This document shows positions 30,896 through 41,346 of a stretch of DNA of 64,000 bases, piece after piece (the stretch's first letter is position 1; every line of letters begins with the position of its first letter). The position numbers were made by a program, and so were the translations under genes. The stretch comes from an uncultured delta proteobacterium. GTDB lineage: Bacteria > Desulfobacterota > Binatia > Bin18. The stretch is taken from NCBI GenBank assembly GCA_963733195.1, contig CAVTCR010000050.1, positions 96,001 to 160,000 on the forward strand, in the 5' to 3' direction. Under the pieces are notes generated by a model that made no database searches, was not told the origin of the DNA, and was given only the letters and a program-made list of their open reading frames with translations.

Positions 30896-32560
30896 ATGGA
30901 AACATTCTCCTCCGCCGAACAGCAACAACTCGCTCCGTTTTTCACCAATTTGACTGACCCTGTCTTTGGGTTGAAGCTCCCGCAAGAAGTTGCTGGTGCC
31001 CTCTTCTCTCGTTACAGCCGCTCAAACAAGAGCCTGCGACGGATTTTTCTCGATGAATTCCTCGGCAACTTTGATCCCTCGTTAAACGTTGCTGGCCAAA
31101 ACTCACTTTCAGCAGAAGAACAAAACGCAGCTCTCAAGAAAGCGCGTGAGTTCTACGACCGGGTTCTGGTCGGCTATGGTGATGATTCGGTCGCGCAGCT
31201 CGGCGGAGCACACGTTGCTTGCGAGAACATCTCCAACGTCGCCGCCAAATTTCTCGAAGACGCCCGTATCGGTATCGCTCCGCTAGAGAAATCAACCCGC
31301 TACGTCCGGTTCGACAGCAAAGATGCTCGCGGTGAATATTTTTTCTACAAAGAGCCCCGCCTGATGGCGTCACCGTATCGAGACAACTACTTGGCGGTGA
31401 TGAATCTGTTGTTTGAGGCCTACGCCGCGCAAATCGAACCGATGATCGAGTTCGTTCGCCACAGTTTACCCATTGAGACGGTCGAGTGGAAACATCCACA
31501 AACTGGCGACCCGTTAACATATAAAGATGCTGCCAAAGATGAACAACTGCGCAAATGGGCGGAGACAGCGTACCGCTCAACAGTGCGTGCACAGGCATGT
31601 GACATTTTGCGTTCGTACTTACCCGCCGCGACACTGACCAATGTTGGTATCTTCGGCGTCGGTCAAGCCTTCGAGCATCTGCTCAATAAATCGTACTCGC
31701 ATGAACTTACCGAGATGCGTGACCTTAGTGCTGGTATGCATACTGCTCTCAATATGCTCATTCCCTCATTCGTCAAACGCGCACGTCGGAGTGAGTATAC
31801 GACTGAGACTTTTGCTGCTATTCGCACACGTTCTGCTCAACTTGTCACTTCAATAACCCCTACTCAAAGCGATCCGGTGACCCTCGTTGACTATGACTCT
31901 GCAGCAGAAGAAAACATTCTAGCTGCCATACTCTATCCACATACACAACATCCACTAAACCATCTCAAGATACTTGTTCGTCAGTTGAACGCCAAACAGC
32001 GTGGCCAGATTCTTGAGGAGTATGTCACCCGTCGTCGTCATCGACGAGACAAACCAGGCCGCGCGTTAGAAAACGCCTACTACACTTTCGATATTGTCGG
32101 CAACCTCGGTTTGTATCGCGATCTGCAACGCCATCGTATTTTGACGCAAGAACGCCAAGATTTCACTGTCGTGCACGGATATGACACCCCGGTCGAAATC
32201 GAAGCAGCGGGCTTTGGCACGACATTCTCTCGCTGCATGGAGAAAGCTGCTCGTTTGCATGAGCAAGTTGTGCGCGATTTTCCATTTGAAGCACAATATG
32301 TCGTACCATTTGCCTACCGCGTACGCTGGTATATGAAAATGAACCTTCGCGAGGCGGTACATATCTGTGAGTTACGCTCGATGCCGCAGGGGCACCCAGA
32401 TTACCGATTCATTGTCCAGGAGATGTGGCGACAGATTACTGCCGTTCACCCTACGCTCGCCCACTGTGCTCAGTTCATCGACTGGAACACATACCGACTC
32501 GGACGGCTCCAGTCGGAGATGCGGACAGAATATAAGAAATCCACAGCTGATAACCAGTAA
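30896..32560 (+). CDS. thyX: FAD-dependent thymidylate synthase, long two-domain form
   Basis: RYSRS, GYGDDSVAQL, LEKSTRY, RDLQRHR, ELRS..QGH.DYR; directly upstream of dcd. Confidence 0.85.
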   Translation: METFSSAEQQQLAPFFTNLTDPVFGLKLPQEVAGALFSRYSRSNKSLRRIFLDEFLGNFDPSLNVAGQNSLSAEEQNAALKKAREFYDRVLVGYGDDSVAQLGGAHVACENISNVAAKFLEDARIGIAPLEKSTRYVRFDSKDARGEYFFYKEPRLMASPYRDNYLAVMNLLFEAYAAQIEPMIEFVRHSLPIETVEWKHPQTGDPLTYKDAAKDEQLRKWAETAYRSTVRAQACDILRSYLPAATLTNVGIFGVGQAFEHLLNKSYSHELTEMRDLSAGMHTALNMLIPSFVKRARRSEYTTETFAAIRTRSAQLVTSITPTQSDPVTLVDYDSAAEENILAAILYPHTQHPLNHLKILVRQLNAKQRGQILEEYVTRRRHRRDKPGRALENAYYTFDIVGNLGLYRDLQRHRILTQERQDFTVVHGYDTPVEIEAAGFGTTFSRCMEKAARLHEQVVRDFPFEAQYVVPFAYRVRWYMKMNLREAVHICELRSMPQGHPDYRFIVQEMWRQITAVHPTLAHCAQFIDWNTYRLGRLQSEMRTEYKKSTADNQ

Positions 32561-32625
32561 TCGAAGGGCCCTACTTCTTTCACCTTTGTCATCAATCTGC
32601 CGATAGCTAAAAGCTGGAGGCTCGT

Positions 32626-33135
32626 ATGATTCTGACCCGTGATGTAATCCGGCATGAAATCGAAAGTGGACGACTCGTCATCGATCCACTGTCGTTCGAT
32701 CAAATCGGCCCAGCATCCATAGATCTACACTTGGGGGACGAAATCCGCATCATGGAGGGCGGACCGGACGTGATCGATATGACCGAAGATGCAGATTATC
32801 GACTCGTGACGAAAGTACGAAGACTCAATCGCCCCTATCTCCTCAAACCTGGGGAAACTATTCACGGTATTACAAGGGAACGTATTCACCTACCGGATAA
32901 TATTTGCGGATGGTTAGAAGGACGCAGTCGCTTTGCCCGGCTTGGGTTGATGATCCATGTCACTTCTGGGTTTGTCGCCCCCGGAGTCAACAACAAGCAG
33001 GTATTAGAAATGGCCAACGTCGCTGGCCGCCCACTCGCGATTCATGGTGGAACACGAATTTGTCAACTCATCTTACAACGAACCGAGGGAAAGGCCATCT
33101 ACCAGGGACGGTTCGCACAACAGGAACGATTGTAA
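32626..33135 (+). CDS. dcd: dCTP deaminase
   Basis: QIGPASIDLHLG, LEGRSRFARLGL.IH.T.G, ICQL. Confidence 0.9.
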   Translation: MILTRDVIRHEIESGRLVIDPLSFDQIGPASIDLHLGDEIRIMEGGPDVIDMTEDADYRLVTKVRRLNRPYLLKPGETIHGITRERIHLPDNICGWLEGRSRFARLGLMIHVTSGFVAPGVNNKQVLEMANVAGRPLAIHGGTRICQLILQRTEGKAIYQGRFAQQERL

Positions 33136-33349
33136 AGACAGTCACACAAAGCTACCGCGGAGGCTACCTTCCTGATGCCAACTAGATTTCTCAATGTTCT
33201 TCGTGATGAAATACAGCACGTGAGTTATCTGTTGCCCCCCTTCTCCGTTTTCCGTATCTAGCTAATCTTATACAGAGAACTGATGCGGGATATAATGATT
33301 AGAGCGCCCGAAAAATACCGATTCACTATCACTAGAGGATACTGCACCT

Positions 33350-35098
33350 ATGAAGATTCTTGTCGCTGATACTGCGGGGTTTTGTTGGGGAGTTCGTCGA
33401 GCGCTCGACCAAGCTGTTGACCTGGCAAAAAAGTTTGACGGTCCGATCCAGACATTTGGCCCACTGATCCACAATGCTCAGGTCATGGAAGAATTAACCG
33501 AGCAAAATATTCACTCAGTCGAGAACCTGACCGAGATTCAGGGTGGGACGGTATTAGTACGAGCGCACGGTATTCGCCCAGAAACCTTTGCCCAGCTCCG
33601 CGCCTCGGGTGCAGATGTCTATGATGCGACCTGCCCGTTGGTACGCAAGGTACAAAAAATCATTACCAAGTATGCCGATGACGGCTATGATGTAGTCATT
33701 GTCGGCGATGACCATCATGCCGAAGTTACCGGGCTCCGCGGTTATACCAAAGGGCAATGTTTCGTTGTCGCAGATGAGAAAGAAGCAGAAACACTGCCAA
33801 CCTTCGACAAAGTGTGTGTCGTATCGCAAACCACGCAGAATGATGACACCTTTGCTCGTACCGTCGATGTCATCAAGCAAAAAGCTCGAATCATTCGTGC
33901 GACCAATACCGTCTGTGAGCCGACCCGTGATCATCAACGTGAAACTATTGATTTAGCTCGACAGGTAGATTTGATGATCGTCGTTGGCGGCCGTCATAGT
34001 GCTAATACCTGCAGACTCGCCGACCTTGCGGCCAAGGAAGGTGCACGCGTCCTTCACATTGAAACTGATAGTGAGCTCAATAAAAATCATCTTGCACAGT
34101 GTCAAACAGTGGGTGTGACCGCAGGAGCTTCTACGCCCGAGTGGATGATTAACCGCGTTGTCGAGAAGCTTGACGCGTGTAACCCGGAGACGACAAGTCG
34201 ATTAAACACGCGACTAAAGCAGGTCATGGGTGTACTCGTCGCGAGCAACGTTTACGTTGGTCTGGGCGCAGCGACGTTAACCCTTACTGCCAGCCTGTTG
34301 TTGCAGCCTACAGTGGGACGGGATTCGTTGTGGCCATTGATGGGAGCGGCGGGATTCTTCATTCTTGCCATGCACACCGTCAATCGTTATCAAGAGCGTT
34401 CACACTACAGTGGGTGGGGTTCTTTCTCACCACGTGCATTTCAGCGGTTTCAACAGATCATGCTATGGGTCGGTGTGATAGCCTTAGCATTCTCTCTTGG
34501 CCTTGCGTTCTCGCTCGGCTCGGATCAATGCCTCGCACTTTCCGCATTTGGCGTACTGGGAGCCGTGTATGGAGTAAAACTCGTGCCCATTTCCTGGGCT
34601 CGGCACATCATGGGTATTCGGCGTATTAAAGATTTGCCGGCATCAAGAGACTTAGCGACTGCTCTTGGGTGGACCGTTGCGGCGGCCATTGTTCCGCTCC
34701 TGACGCTTGGTGCTTCATCGCCCTTGCGTGCTGTCAGCGTGATCGGGTTTGTTTTCTTGTTTGTCTTCCTGCGCTCAGCATTAATCGGCGTACGCGACGT
34801 GCAGGGTGACAAAATTATGGGTATGGAGACACTGTTTAAGGTCGTCGGAAAACGGCGGACGAAGACGGTGTTAATTGGTGCAGTAGCTACGTTAACCGCA
34901 CTCCTTCTTGGGTTGACGTTTCCGTGGCATGGGCTCCCGCTCGCCGCGTTTGTCTTTACTGTCGTCCCTTACACCTGTGCTGTATGTTGGTCATATCACC
35001 AGCGGCTCCTCCCCAAGGGGGCAGCCGGAGAGATTTTAGTTGACGGACAGTTCCTCGTTGCTGGAGCAATGGCTTATCTGTGGCACTTGAATCGCTAG
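33350..35098 (+). CDS. ispH: 4-hydroxy-3-methylbut-2-enyl diphosphate reductase fused to a UbiA-like membrane domain
   Basis: AGFCWGV, GPLIHN, DATCPLV, SQTTQ, NTVC, SANT, TAGASTP; then about 8 TM segments with RDVQGDK.MG..T. Confidence 0.9.
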   Translation: MKILVADTAGFCWGVRRALDQAVDLAKKFDGPIQTFGPLIHNAQVMEELTEQNIHSVENLTEIQGGTVLVRAHGIRPETFAQLRASGADVYDATCPLVRKVQKIITKYADDGYDVVIVGDDHHAEVTGLRGYTKGQCFVVADEKEAETLPTFDKVCVVSQTTQNDDTFARTVDVIKQKARIIRATNTVCEPTRDHQRETIDLARQVDLMIVVGGRHSANTCRLADLAAKEGARVLHIETDSELNKNHLAQCQTVGVTAGASTPEWMINRVVEKLDACNPETTSRLNTRLKQVMGVLVASNVYVGLGAATLTLTASLLLQPTVGRDSLWPLMGAAGFFILAMHTVNRYQERSHYSGWGSFSPRAFQRFQQIMLWVGVIALAFSLGLAFSLGSDQCLALSAFGVLGAVYGVKLVPISWARHIMGIRRIKDLPASRDLATALGWTVAAAIVPLLTLGASSPLRAVSVIGFVFLFVFLRSALIGVRDVQGDKIMGMETLFKVVGKRRTKTVLIGAVATLTALLLGLTFPWHGLPLAAFVFTVVPYTCAVCWSYHQRLLPKGAAGEILVDGQFLVAGAMAYLWHLNR

Positions 35099-35739
35099 CC
35101 AGCGGTGGGAGTCTTTGCATCGGCATTGTGAACAGGCTGACCTCGAAACCATGCACGAATCGAGGCAATTGCTCGCTTAAAAAGATAGAAAAATTTCGGA
35201 ATTAACCAAATCGCTGCAACTGTAAAAGCGACAACAAAGATCAGCATCACCAGTGGATAGTTAAAGATCGTCCAGATCCCAGCAAAAACAGCGACATCTT
35301 CCCCAACGCTCGCTGCCCAGTTGGTAAACGGCTCGGGGCTCGCGTTAATCGCTAATCGCGCGGTCGCTTTGGTTCCGTGCGCAGCGAGCGCCACGCCGCC
35401 TCCAGCCATCGTTGCCACTAACTGTAAGGCAGGGTTAACTTCTCCCCCCACCGCACCATATGCTAGTGCCGCACCGGCGGGAATCCGAAAGAACGTGTGC
35501 ACCGCGTCCCAACCACTATCTACGTACGGTACTTTATCGGCAAAGAATTCAATAATGTACATGAAGCAGGCAAAGCCAATGACAAGGGGATTCATCAACA
35601 CTTCAAGACCAGGAGGAAGATGAATGAGTTCATATCGGCCCGCCAGTCCGAGGGCAGCAACAGTCGCGTAGAGATTGATGCCAGAGGTCCACGCAGTTCC
35701 CATTGCTAAACTGAGGGTTTCAATAACTCCCATCGTCAT
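35095..35739 (-). CDS. DUF4126 membrane protein
   Basis: SGINLY, EFFADKVPYVDS.WD..HT, SPEPFTNW..S..ED. Confidence 0.88.
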   Translation of the reverse strand: MTMGVIETLSLAMGTAWTSGINLYATVAALGLAGRYELIHLPPGLEVLMNPLVIGFACFMYIIEFFADKVPYVDSGWDAVHTFFRIPAGAALAYGAVGGEVNPALQLVATMAGGGVALAAHGTKATARLAINASPEPFTNWAASVGEDVAVFAGIWTIFNYPLVMLIFVVAFTVAAIWLIPKFFYLFKRAIASIRAWFRGQPVHNADAKTPTAG

Positions 35740-35786
35740 TCCTCCTGAGGTTTCTCGTCAATCACGCTCAGCTTGATGAGCTTTTC

Positions 35787-36167
35787 CTACCGAGCATATC
35801 CGTAATAATCGTTCCCGTAATAGTGCGGGCGGTACTGTCTGCCGTTCCCATACGATCGCCGAGGCCACTTGCATCCGTCGCCACGAGAATATCTATTACC
35901 ATACTGTCGTTGTCCACCATACCATCGGTTTCCGGAATGGTCGTCATTATAGGAATATCGGTCGTAATGGTCTTGATAGTTGCGCCTAAGGGAATGCTGC
36001 AACCGAAGGTGTTCACTGTTGGTGTACGGAGAATGGTGAAACTCCTGCTGAACCTCTCTCCGATTGTCGTAATAGTCTTTATCATAAGCAGAAGCAGCGG
36101 AAGGAAGCGCGAGGACTCCAATGAGGGAGAGCGCTGCGAGGAACGATTGAGTGATTTTGGCCTGCAT
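35787..36167 (-). CDS. Secreted Tyr/Arg/Gly-rich hypothetical protein
   Basis: RBS AAGGAG, signal peptide ending ASA, low-complexity mature part. Confidence 0.65.
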   Translation of the reverse strand: MQAKITQSFLAALSLIGVLALPSAASAYDKDYYDNRREVQQEFHHSPYTNSEHLRLQHSLRRNYQDHYDRYSYNDDHSGNRWYGGQRQYGNRYSRGDGCKWPRRSYGNGRQYRPHYYGNDYYGYAR

Positions 36168-36321
36168 AACAACTCCTTTCCGACTGTGTCACCGGCCTGA
36201 TACTTCTGATGATAACAACACCGTTTATAGCGAGAGGTCGCAGTCTGATACGCGGCGTTGTTGACCAAGGATGCGGCTCTCGGCTACAAGCACCAGCATA
36301 CGTCGTTCAGGAGGAACCGCT

Positions 36322-36792
36322 ATGCCGCTTCGTCACACCGTTCGTGTCGCTTTATCCTCGACAGTCTTTGCATTGTGGGGGTTTGTTTTTCTTCCAAATC
36401 AGAGTTTGGCTCAAGAAGTCCAACGCTTTGTGAGCCCGAAACAAGCAAAAGTCTTCACCGACCCACAGAGCAAAAGCCAGATCAAAGTATTGATCAATGA
36501 ACAGCTCGGAGGAACTAAAGATGTAACAATCGCCGAATTGGTAATTCCTCCTGGAGTCGATGTTCCTGACCACATCCACCAATCAACCGAAATCTTCTAT
36601 ATTCTTTCTGGGGAACTAGAGCAGACCAGTGATGGTAAGGTACAAAAGCTCACTGCCGGGATGGCCTGTCTTGTCCCAGCCAACTCAACCACGCACCATA
36701 AAGTCACGTCAAAGGAACCAGTTCGTGCGCTCGTCATCTGGGCACCGGGCGGAGAAGAAAAGCGAATCACTGAGCGGTGGGAAACAAAATGA
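36322..36792 (+). CDS. Exported cupin domain protein
   Basis: H.H...E.FYILSGE.......L.AG....VPA...H; signal peptide; RBS GGAGG. Confidence 0.85.
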   Translation: MPLRHTVRVALSSTVFALWGFVFLPNQSLAQEVQRFVSPKQAKVFTDPQSKSQIKVLINEQLGGTKDVTIAELVIPPGVDVPDHIHQSTEIFYILSGELEQTSDGKVQKLTAGMACLVPANSTTHHKVTSKEPVRALVIWAPGGEEKRITERWETK

Positions 36793-36851
36793 GGTCTGTT
36801 AATTTGTAGAGATGCCCCGGCGGGGCGTCTCTACGTAATCCCGATTCCCAG

Positions 36852-38308
36852 TTAAGAGAGCCTCTCTTCCCCTTTTTTCCGGATCAGTTCCCCTAATACT
36901 GTTTCTGCTGCCGCCTCTCCGCTTCGCACGCAATCGGCAATTCCGACTCCGCGGTAGGCATTCCCAGCTATAGCTAACCCCGGATGCTTGGCAACTGACG
37001 ACTCAATTGCATCAACCAATCTGAGATGGCCAACGAGGTATTGCGGCATAGATCTCGGGTACCGAGCAATCCGCGTAAATAGTGGTGTTGTCGAGATCCC
37101 AAGAAGCTGGTCAAGCTCTTCTCTCACCATATGTACTATCTCATGGTCATCTCGATCAAACAGCTCTGCTTGTAATGCTCCACCAACAAAAGCTCGCAGC
37201 AGCACGTGGCCCTCGGGTGCTCGACCCGCATACTTCACACTGGAAAACGTCCCGGCAATAATCTTGCGGTTCTCGCGATGCGGAACTACAAAACCAAACC
37301 CGTTCATCGGATGTGGTACCTGGTCACGACGAAAGGCAAGGTTCACGGTCGCCGCTGAGCTGTAGGAAATCGAACCAAGCCGCTCAGCAAGCGGCATGTC
37401 CAGTTCCCTCACCAATTGGGCGGTGTGAAAAGCCGGGGTTGCTAGGATGACAGCATCAGCCTCAAGTGTCTCACCGCCCTGACAAGTAACTAACCATCGT
37501 TCGTTATCTCGCCTCACGGTCTCAACTGCATTTCTGCGCCGAAGTGTTCCAAGCGTAAGGCTACCTACCAAAGTCTCAACCATCCTCTGCATTCCCTTAC
37601 GTAAGCGTGACAAACAAGCTCCAGCGTGCGCCCACTTGCACCTTCTGCTTCTTGTGGCTTCTTTCGACTCGCTTGCCACATGGCATAGATCACGCTGCGA
37701 TGCTCGCGTTCCATTTGTAAGAACCGCGGCATTGTCGCCGCTAGACTTAATCGTTCAGGATCAGCCGTGTAGATGCCACCAATAAGTGGCTGTGCGACAC
37801 GCTCAAGCACTTCGAGACCAAACCGCCGTCGCACAAACGACCCTAAACTTTCGTCTTCACACTCGGCTGTACGTGGTAAGACGAGATCAAGCGCCATACG
37901 CAATTTTCCTGGCCAAGAAAACAATCGTGAACGCGCAAGCGAGGTAACCCGCGTCGGCGCCATCAACATAAAACCTTCGGGAAGTGGAACAAGCTTCCCT
38001 TTGTGCACGACAAAGGTCGCACGATGAGCGTCCTGTGTACCGATCAGTTCAGATTCCAGCCCCATCCGACGACAAAGCGCCAGTGCCCACGGCTTTTCTG
38101 AAATAAACGAGTCCGGTCCAAGTTCAAGTAAAAACCCGTCACGTTTCTCTGTCGCCAAGGTACCGCCGAGACGATTGCTCGCTTCCAGAAGGGTGAACTG
38201 AAGCGGAAATTCACGTTCACGACTGATCTCCTGAAGACGATGAGCTGCAGCTAAGCCAGCAATACCACCACCGACAATCACAACATGTGGAATTCCCGGA
38301 GATGCCAT
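36852..38308 (-). CDS. hemY: Protoporphyrinogen/coproporphyrinogen oxidase (frameshift near 37620)
   Basis: IVGGGIAGL, LELGPDSF, GFGFVVP, MPQY.VGH, GVGIADC; in a hem operon. Confidence 0.9.
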
Positions 38309-38311
38309 CCC

Positions 38312-39231
38312 CTACCCGATCGCTGCTCTTACCATCTCAGCCAGCATCCGAATGAAGGTTGGGTGATCGTCCACCGTTCCTGCACGAATGAAATTGAGCC
38401 CATGATTTGCCGCAATCTGCTTTGCTTCAGTGTCAAGATCGTACAACACTTCGATATGATCACAGACAAACCCTATAGGCACCACGACAACATTTCGTGT
38501 TCCGTCGGACACGAGCTTCGGTAAAACTGCACCGATGTCGGGTTCTAGCCACGGGGTGCGTGGATCACCGCTCCGACTTTGATAGGCGATCGACCAGCGG
38601 TTGTGCCTCAGCTGTTCAGTAACCAAGCGGGCGCCCTCTTCTATCTGCTGCACGTATCGTGGGGTTCCCGGCATCACCATCGGAACACTATGCGCCGTAA
38701 ACACGAGCGGAGTATTTGCACGGCGCTCAGCAGCCACTTGATTCAACGCGCGTTGGGTTAACTCCGCCACCGCTGCAATAAACAAAGGGTGATTATACCA
38801 GCCGGGAGCATAGTCGATCACTGGAGCATGATCACCAACCTGAACGCGAGCAGTTGCGACATTCTCTTGATAGCGCTCCCATCCGGCTTCACTCTGTTGC
38901 GCGGACAAATCACACCAAGCGCATGTTTTATTCCATCAGTCGCCATTCTCTCCAACGTCTCGTCCAGATACGGATGCCAGTTGCGCATGCCGACATACAC
39001 CGGAAGGCGCGGCCCTTCTCGTGCCAGCAGAGCTTCGAGCGCTTTGGCCTGGCGAAAGGTGATTTCGTTTAGTGGTGATCGGCCACCAAATAACTCGTAG
39101 TGATGGACAACTTCTTCGAGCCGTTGTGGTGGTACCAATCGTCCTCTGAGGACGTTCGCCAGAAACGGACGGACATCCTCCATCTTCTCGGGACCACCAA
39201 AAGCAATGAGGAGAACTGCATCGTAGGACAT
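38312..39231 (-). CDS. hemH: Ferrochelatase (frameshift near 38905)
   Basis: AFGGPE, GMRNWHPY, FTAHS, YQSRSG....WLEPD, PIGFVCDHIEVLYDLD. Confidence 0.92.
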
Positions 39232-39287
39232 AAATCAATTAAAAATTGAGAATGAAGAATGAGAGGAAAATCTTCTTTAAGAATTTT

Positions 39288-40337
39288 TCATTTTTCATTC
39301 TTAATTCTTAATTCGCCACTGATCTCGTGCACCATTTCCACCAGTGCGATCACATTCTCAACTGGGGTCTGTGGCAATATCCCGTGTCCGAGGTTAAAGA
39401 TGTGTCCAGGTCGCCCATGCGTCATGTCGAGAATACGCTTCACCTGTTTGCGTATCTCATCAAGTGACGCAAAGAGCGTCACCGGATCAAGATTCCCCTG
39501 CACCGCTCGATCATAGCCTATACGTCGCCAAGCAATATCAAGGTCAATACGCCAATCGACTCCGAGAACCGTCCCCCCGGCTTCAGTCATCAGCTCAAGC
39601 AGCCCCGAGGTGCCAGTTCCAAAGTGAATCACCGGCGTTCCAGGAGTAATACCAGCGAACAGCGCCTTCATGTGAGGAAGAATAAATGTGCGGTAATCAG
39701 ACGGAGAAAGACAACCTATCCATGAATCAAACAACTGCACGGCTTGGGCACCAGCAACAATCTGAGCATTCACATAGGCGGTAATAATCTTCACCAACCG
39801 TTCCATCAACGCTCGCCACGCCCCAGGATCGTTGTACATCAATCGCTTAGTTTCGATATAGTTTTTGGAACCGCCACCCTCGATTAGGTATGACGCAACA
39901 GTGAACGGCGCACCAGAGAAACCAATCAACGGAATGTTCGTCGGTAAGCCAGCCCGCGCTTTTCGCACCGCTTCGAACACAAAGGGTACCGTCTCGCGTG
40001 GATCATCCTCGCAGAGATTATCCACATCAGCTCCCGAACGAACCGGGCGATGGATCACCGGGCCATCGCCTTGTGGGAACTCCAAGCCTACACCCATCGG
40101 CTCAACAATCAGCAGGATGTCAGCAAAGATAATCGCGGCATCGACACCAAGTCGTTCCACCGCTTCAACCGTTACCTGCGCCGCCAGGTCTGGAGTCTTA
40201 CATAGAGTGAGAAACGGTACACGCTCACGCAACGCACGGTACTCGGCCATATAGCGCCCGGCTTGACGCATCAACCACACTGGAGTGTAGGGTGTTGGTT
40301 CACGACGACATGCTTGCAGAAAAATTGAATTTTGCAT
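39288..40337 (-). CDS. hemE: Uroporphyrinogen decarboxylase
   Basis: PVWLMRQAGRYM, AAIIFADIL, IGFSGAPFT, QGNLDP, IFNLGHG. Confidence 0.96.
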   Translation of the reverse strand: MQNSIFLQACRREPTPYTPVWLMRQAGRYMAEYRALRERVPFLTLCKTPDLAAQVTVEAVERLGVDAAIIFADILLIVEPMGVGLEFPQGDGPVIHRPVRSGADVDNLCEDDPRETVPFVFEAVRKARAGLPTNIPLIGFSGAPFTVASYLIEGGGSKNYIETKRLMYNDPGAWRALMERLVKIITAYVNAQIVAGAQAVQLFDSWIGCLSPSDYRTFILPHMKALFAGITPGTPVIHFGTGTSGLLELMTEAGGTVLGVDWRIDLDIAWRRIGYDRAVQGNLDPVTLFASLDEIRKQVKRILDMTHGRPGHIFNLGHGILPQTPVENVIALVEMVHEISGELRIKNEK

Positions 40338-40413
40338 CGACAGGAATCGTAGCACAGCGCCTACCGTGCTGTTAGGGCTAGCGTTATGAAAAATTGGCCC
40401 TATCGTTCCGAGA

Positions 40414-40875
40414 TTACTCCTTCTTTGACGCTCGCAGGAAGTGCAAAAAAGCGCGGCAGGAAATGATACGGATATTTTGATATTCACCTAGCGCGAGTAG
40501 ATCAGACTTATCACCAGTCACCACATACTGTGCTTTGCCGTCAACTGCCGCGGCAAGAAACTTATCGTCATCTGGATCGGGAGATGCTTGGACCCGTGTC
40601 TTCTCTTGAACGAGTTCCGCCTGTGCGTACAAGATGACTCCAATGTCGAAAAGGGCATCTTGCAATCCGTATTTCTGTAGACGAGGACGACTGAGCACGT
40701 CAAGAATTTCTTCGTTAATTGAGGGAGAAGAAATCAACGTAAACTTTCTGCGACGAAGAGCTTGCAAAATTTGCCCCGGTGGCCCTGAAGGACTTATGAT
40801 TCCACTGACAAAAACGTTGGTATCTACTACGACTCGCAACAGCTGAGGCTGTTGCTTCCGATCTCGGCTATTCAC
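40414..40875 (-). CDS. PIN-domain toxin (putative toxin-antitoxin system)
   Basis: RVVVDTNVFVS ... DPDDDKFL.AA......VVTGD..DLL. Confidence 0.88.
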   Translation of the reverse strand: MNSRDRKQQPQLLRVVVDTNVFVSGIISPSGPPGQILQALRRRKFTLISSPSINEEILDVLSRPRLQKYGLQDALFDIGVILYAQAELVQEKTRVQASPDPDDDKFLAAAVDGKAQYVVTGDKSDLLALGEYQNIRIISCRAFLHFLRASKKE

Positions 40876-40876
40876 T

Positions 40877-41137
40877 TCATCGTCTTTTGGCACGTCTGAC
40901 CTCACGAACCGCCGCTTCAACGTCCTTGTCTACCGTGTCCACGGGAATTTTTCTGTTCTTCCGCCAGACGTGCTCCACTGCGTTCCACGGATTATACCGC
41001 TTCAAGGCTTTTCTTCCTAAGAGGGCTTCCAAACATAACTGGTTCAGAGACCTCCCAGTGCGAAATGCTTCTTCCGCGAGATCACGGTGGAGTTCGGCGG
41101 GCAGCCTCAGGAGTACTCGGCCTGAAAATTGTCTCAT
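40877..41137 (-). CDS. HicB-like ribbon-helix-helix antitoxin
   Basis: FSGR..LRLP.ELHR.LA.EA...G.SLNQ motif; directly upstream of the PIN gene. Confidence 0.8.
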   Translation of the reverse strand: MRQFSGRVLLRLPAELHRDLAEEAFRTGRSLNQLCLEALLGRKALKRYNPWNAVEHVWRKNRKIPVDTVDKDVEAAVREVRRAKRR

Positions 41138-41346
41138 GATTACCTCCGCTACTATGATACTATGCTATCTCTTGAAAACAATGGTAAGCGACAATACGCG
41201 TATTAAAAGCCTGGCTCTCTACTTCTCTATGACGGTAAATCGTCGTACTCGGTAATGAGGTATGCTATACGCAGAGGCTATGGGGAATTGCCTTTTGGCT
41301 CTTCTTGCTTTAGCTGACAACTAATAGCTCAATGAAGGAGACCGCC

